From Colwellia sp. (GTDB lineage Bacteria > Pseudomonadota > Gammaproteobacteria > Enterobacterales > Alteromonadaceae): DNA of 64,000 nt. Shown here piece by piece: positions 62,691 to 64,000 of the stretch. The stretch spans positions 1,302 through 65,301 of the forward strand of contig JAWUXK010000107.1 of assembly GCA_034111385.1 (NCBI GenBank), written 5' to 3'. The notes beneath the pieces were generated by a model. That model was not told where the DNA came from. It was given only the letters and a program-made list of their open reading frames with translations, and made no database searches. Made by a program: the position numbers and the translations under genes. Position 1 is the first letter of the stretch. Every line of letters begins with the position of its first letter.

Positions 62691-64000
62691 TTAAAAAACT
62701 TCCCGAATGTAAATAATTCGATCGTTACCACGGAACAATCCAAATGTGGCTATCGCGCTAGGATTTTCATTTAAAGTTTTCACTTCTACACCATTCCAGT
62801 TCCAATCATATTGCAGCCAAGGGTATACAGTATAGATGATTTCCACTTTCCCTTGATTTCCTGCTGCTACAGAAGGTAAAACAATTTGTCGTGTTACGCC
62901 ATTAGGTAAATCATCAATATCTACAAATGCACCCGAAACAGCAGGAATATCAGCGGAATCAATGCCTACACTATTTAGCGAACCAAAAGTAACATTAGTC
63001 GAATTGTATTGGGTACAAGTATCATTATCGGCTACAACAAAGTCAGTACCATTATAATACTCTACTGATAAAACTTGCCCTATAGGGGACGTTTCTGGAC
63101 CAAAACTATTTTCAAGGGAAGCTCGACCAAAACGAATTTCTTTACCTTCGGGATTCAAAACCCATAAACGACCATTATCGGCATCGCCATCACTGTCAAT
63201 AGCGACTACACCATCAGTATCACTGACTGCTTCAATCCCTAATTCTATTTTAGCAGGAAAAGGACCTATCTCTGTATTTTGATCTCGAAGGTAAACAAAG
63301 TTATCTTCAGTATTAAATGCGTAAGTAATAACTCCTTCGTTCTCATCAAGGAAGGTTCCTTCACTTAAGTTGGCAGTAAGCTTAACTTTCGCACCAAGTA
63401 AATCAACAGTGTCAGAATCTTCTGTTGGGGTAATATAGTTAACATTACTCGGTAAAAGTTTTATGAAATCTCCGGTGTAATTACTTGTTGTTGTGCAAGT
63501 TCCACTAGGACAATTTGATGATTTTGCTGTAATGAATAATTCAGGGGCAAATTGATATTGCAACGATCCTTTACTTGAAATTGATGATGTCGATGATCGA
63601 CTCATTTGTCCACTGTAAGCGAATGTCATTGCTGGAAAAGGAGTATTAATATCACAAACAGACATTAGATCGCCATCAAGACTTGTTGTTAACTCAAAAT
63701 GATCTGGAATAAAGCGACCGACATAAGGCTCTACACCTGTAATATCCACTGTGCCTAGATAACTTCCACTCGCTAAATTTGCAGTAAAACTAACAATACC
63801 TACTTCGTCGTATGTCATGCTTTTGTTATTATCAACACCATTAATCGCAACACCATCAGTAAAGTCGCTGAAACTATTATTGGTTAAATTACCTTCTACA
63901 CCGAGGTTAGGTAAGTATAGATTGTCACTTATAATGGCAACTTCTGGTATTGTTTCATTACCAAAATTAACGGTTGCTGTGTTATTAGATAAATCAGCAC
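62691..64000 (-). CDS. MshQ-like (DUF6701) MSHA pilus adhesin, C-terminal part; 5'-truncated by the window
   Basis: Frame is open to the window end. YDEVG, VGRFIPDHF, RFGR...NSFGPE, PWLQYDW, ATFGLFRGNDRIIYIRE C-terminal signature. Confidence 0.85.
   Translation of the reverse strand, partial: ADLSNNTATVNFGNETIPEVAIISDNLYLPNLGVEGNLTNNSFSDFTDGVAINGVDNNKSMTYDEVGIVSFTANLASGSYLGTVDITGVEPYVGRFIPDHFELTTSLDGDLMSVCDINTPFPAMTFAYSGQMSRSSTSSISSKGSLQYQFAPELFITAKSSNCPSGTCTTTSNYTGDFIKLLPSNVNYITPTEDSDTVDLLGAKVKLTANLSEGTFLDENEGVITYAFNTEDNFVYLRDQNTEIGPFPAKIELGIEAVSDTDGVVAIDSDGDADNGRLWVLNPEGKEIRFGRASLENSFGPETSPIGQVLSVEYYNGTDFVVADNDTCTQYNSTNVTFGSLNSVGIDSADIPAVSGAFVDIDDLPNGVTRQIVLPSVAAGNQGKVEIIYTVYPWLQYDWNWNGVEVKTLNENPSAIATFGLFRGNDRIIYIREVF

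Overview
AT-rich chromosomal segment of a marine gammaproteobacterium. Gene content and protein style suggest Colwelliaceae/Alteromonadales; this is inference. Most of the window is conserved core: glnK-amtB, a DyP peroxidase, rraA, hslVU, an ftsN-like gene, priA, rpmE, rplM-rpsI, petABC-sspAB, dolP-diaA-yraN-lpoA/rsmI-rnpB, degSQ-zapG-zapE, cnoX, uppP-folK-folB/plsY, an RND pair, tsaD/rpsU-yqeY-dnaG-rpoD, tRNA-Ile2(CAT) and the 3' part of an MshQ-like gene. Two accessory zones stand out. (1) Downstream of the RNase P RNA gene, c-di-GMP and aerotaxis genes sit in blocks delimited by degenerate re-copies of the rnpB 3' end and terminator. (2) Downstream of tRNA-Ile2, an ORF-free stretch carries several 28-29 bp imperfect palindromes. 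One of them is interrupted by an intact IS1111-type (IS110 family) element. Its sub-terminal IRs, ACA core, circle-junction promoter and two-loop bridge/seek RNA with donor and target guides can all be read from the sequence, and the target guide appears to spell the palindrome family. AmtB has unusual substitutions at its Phe gate and S1 site, possibly a sequencing artefact. All alignments and folds were done by eye.
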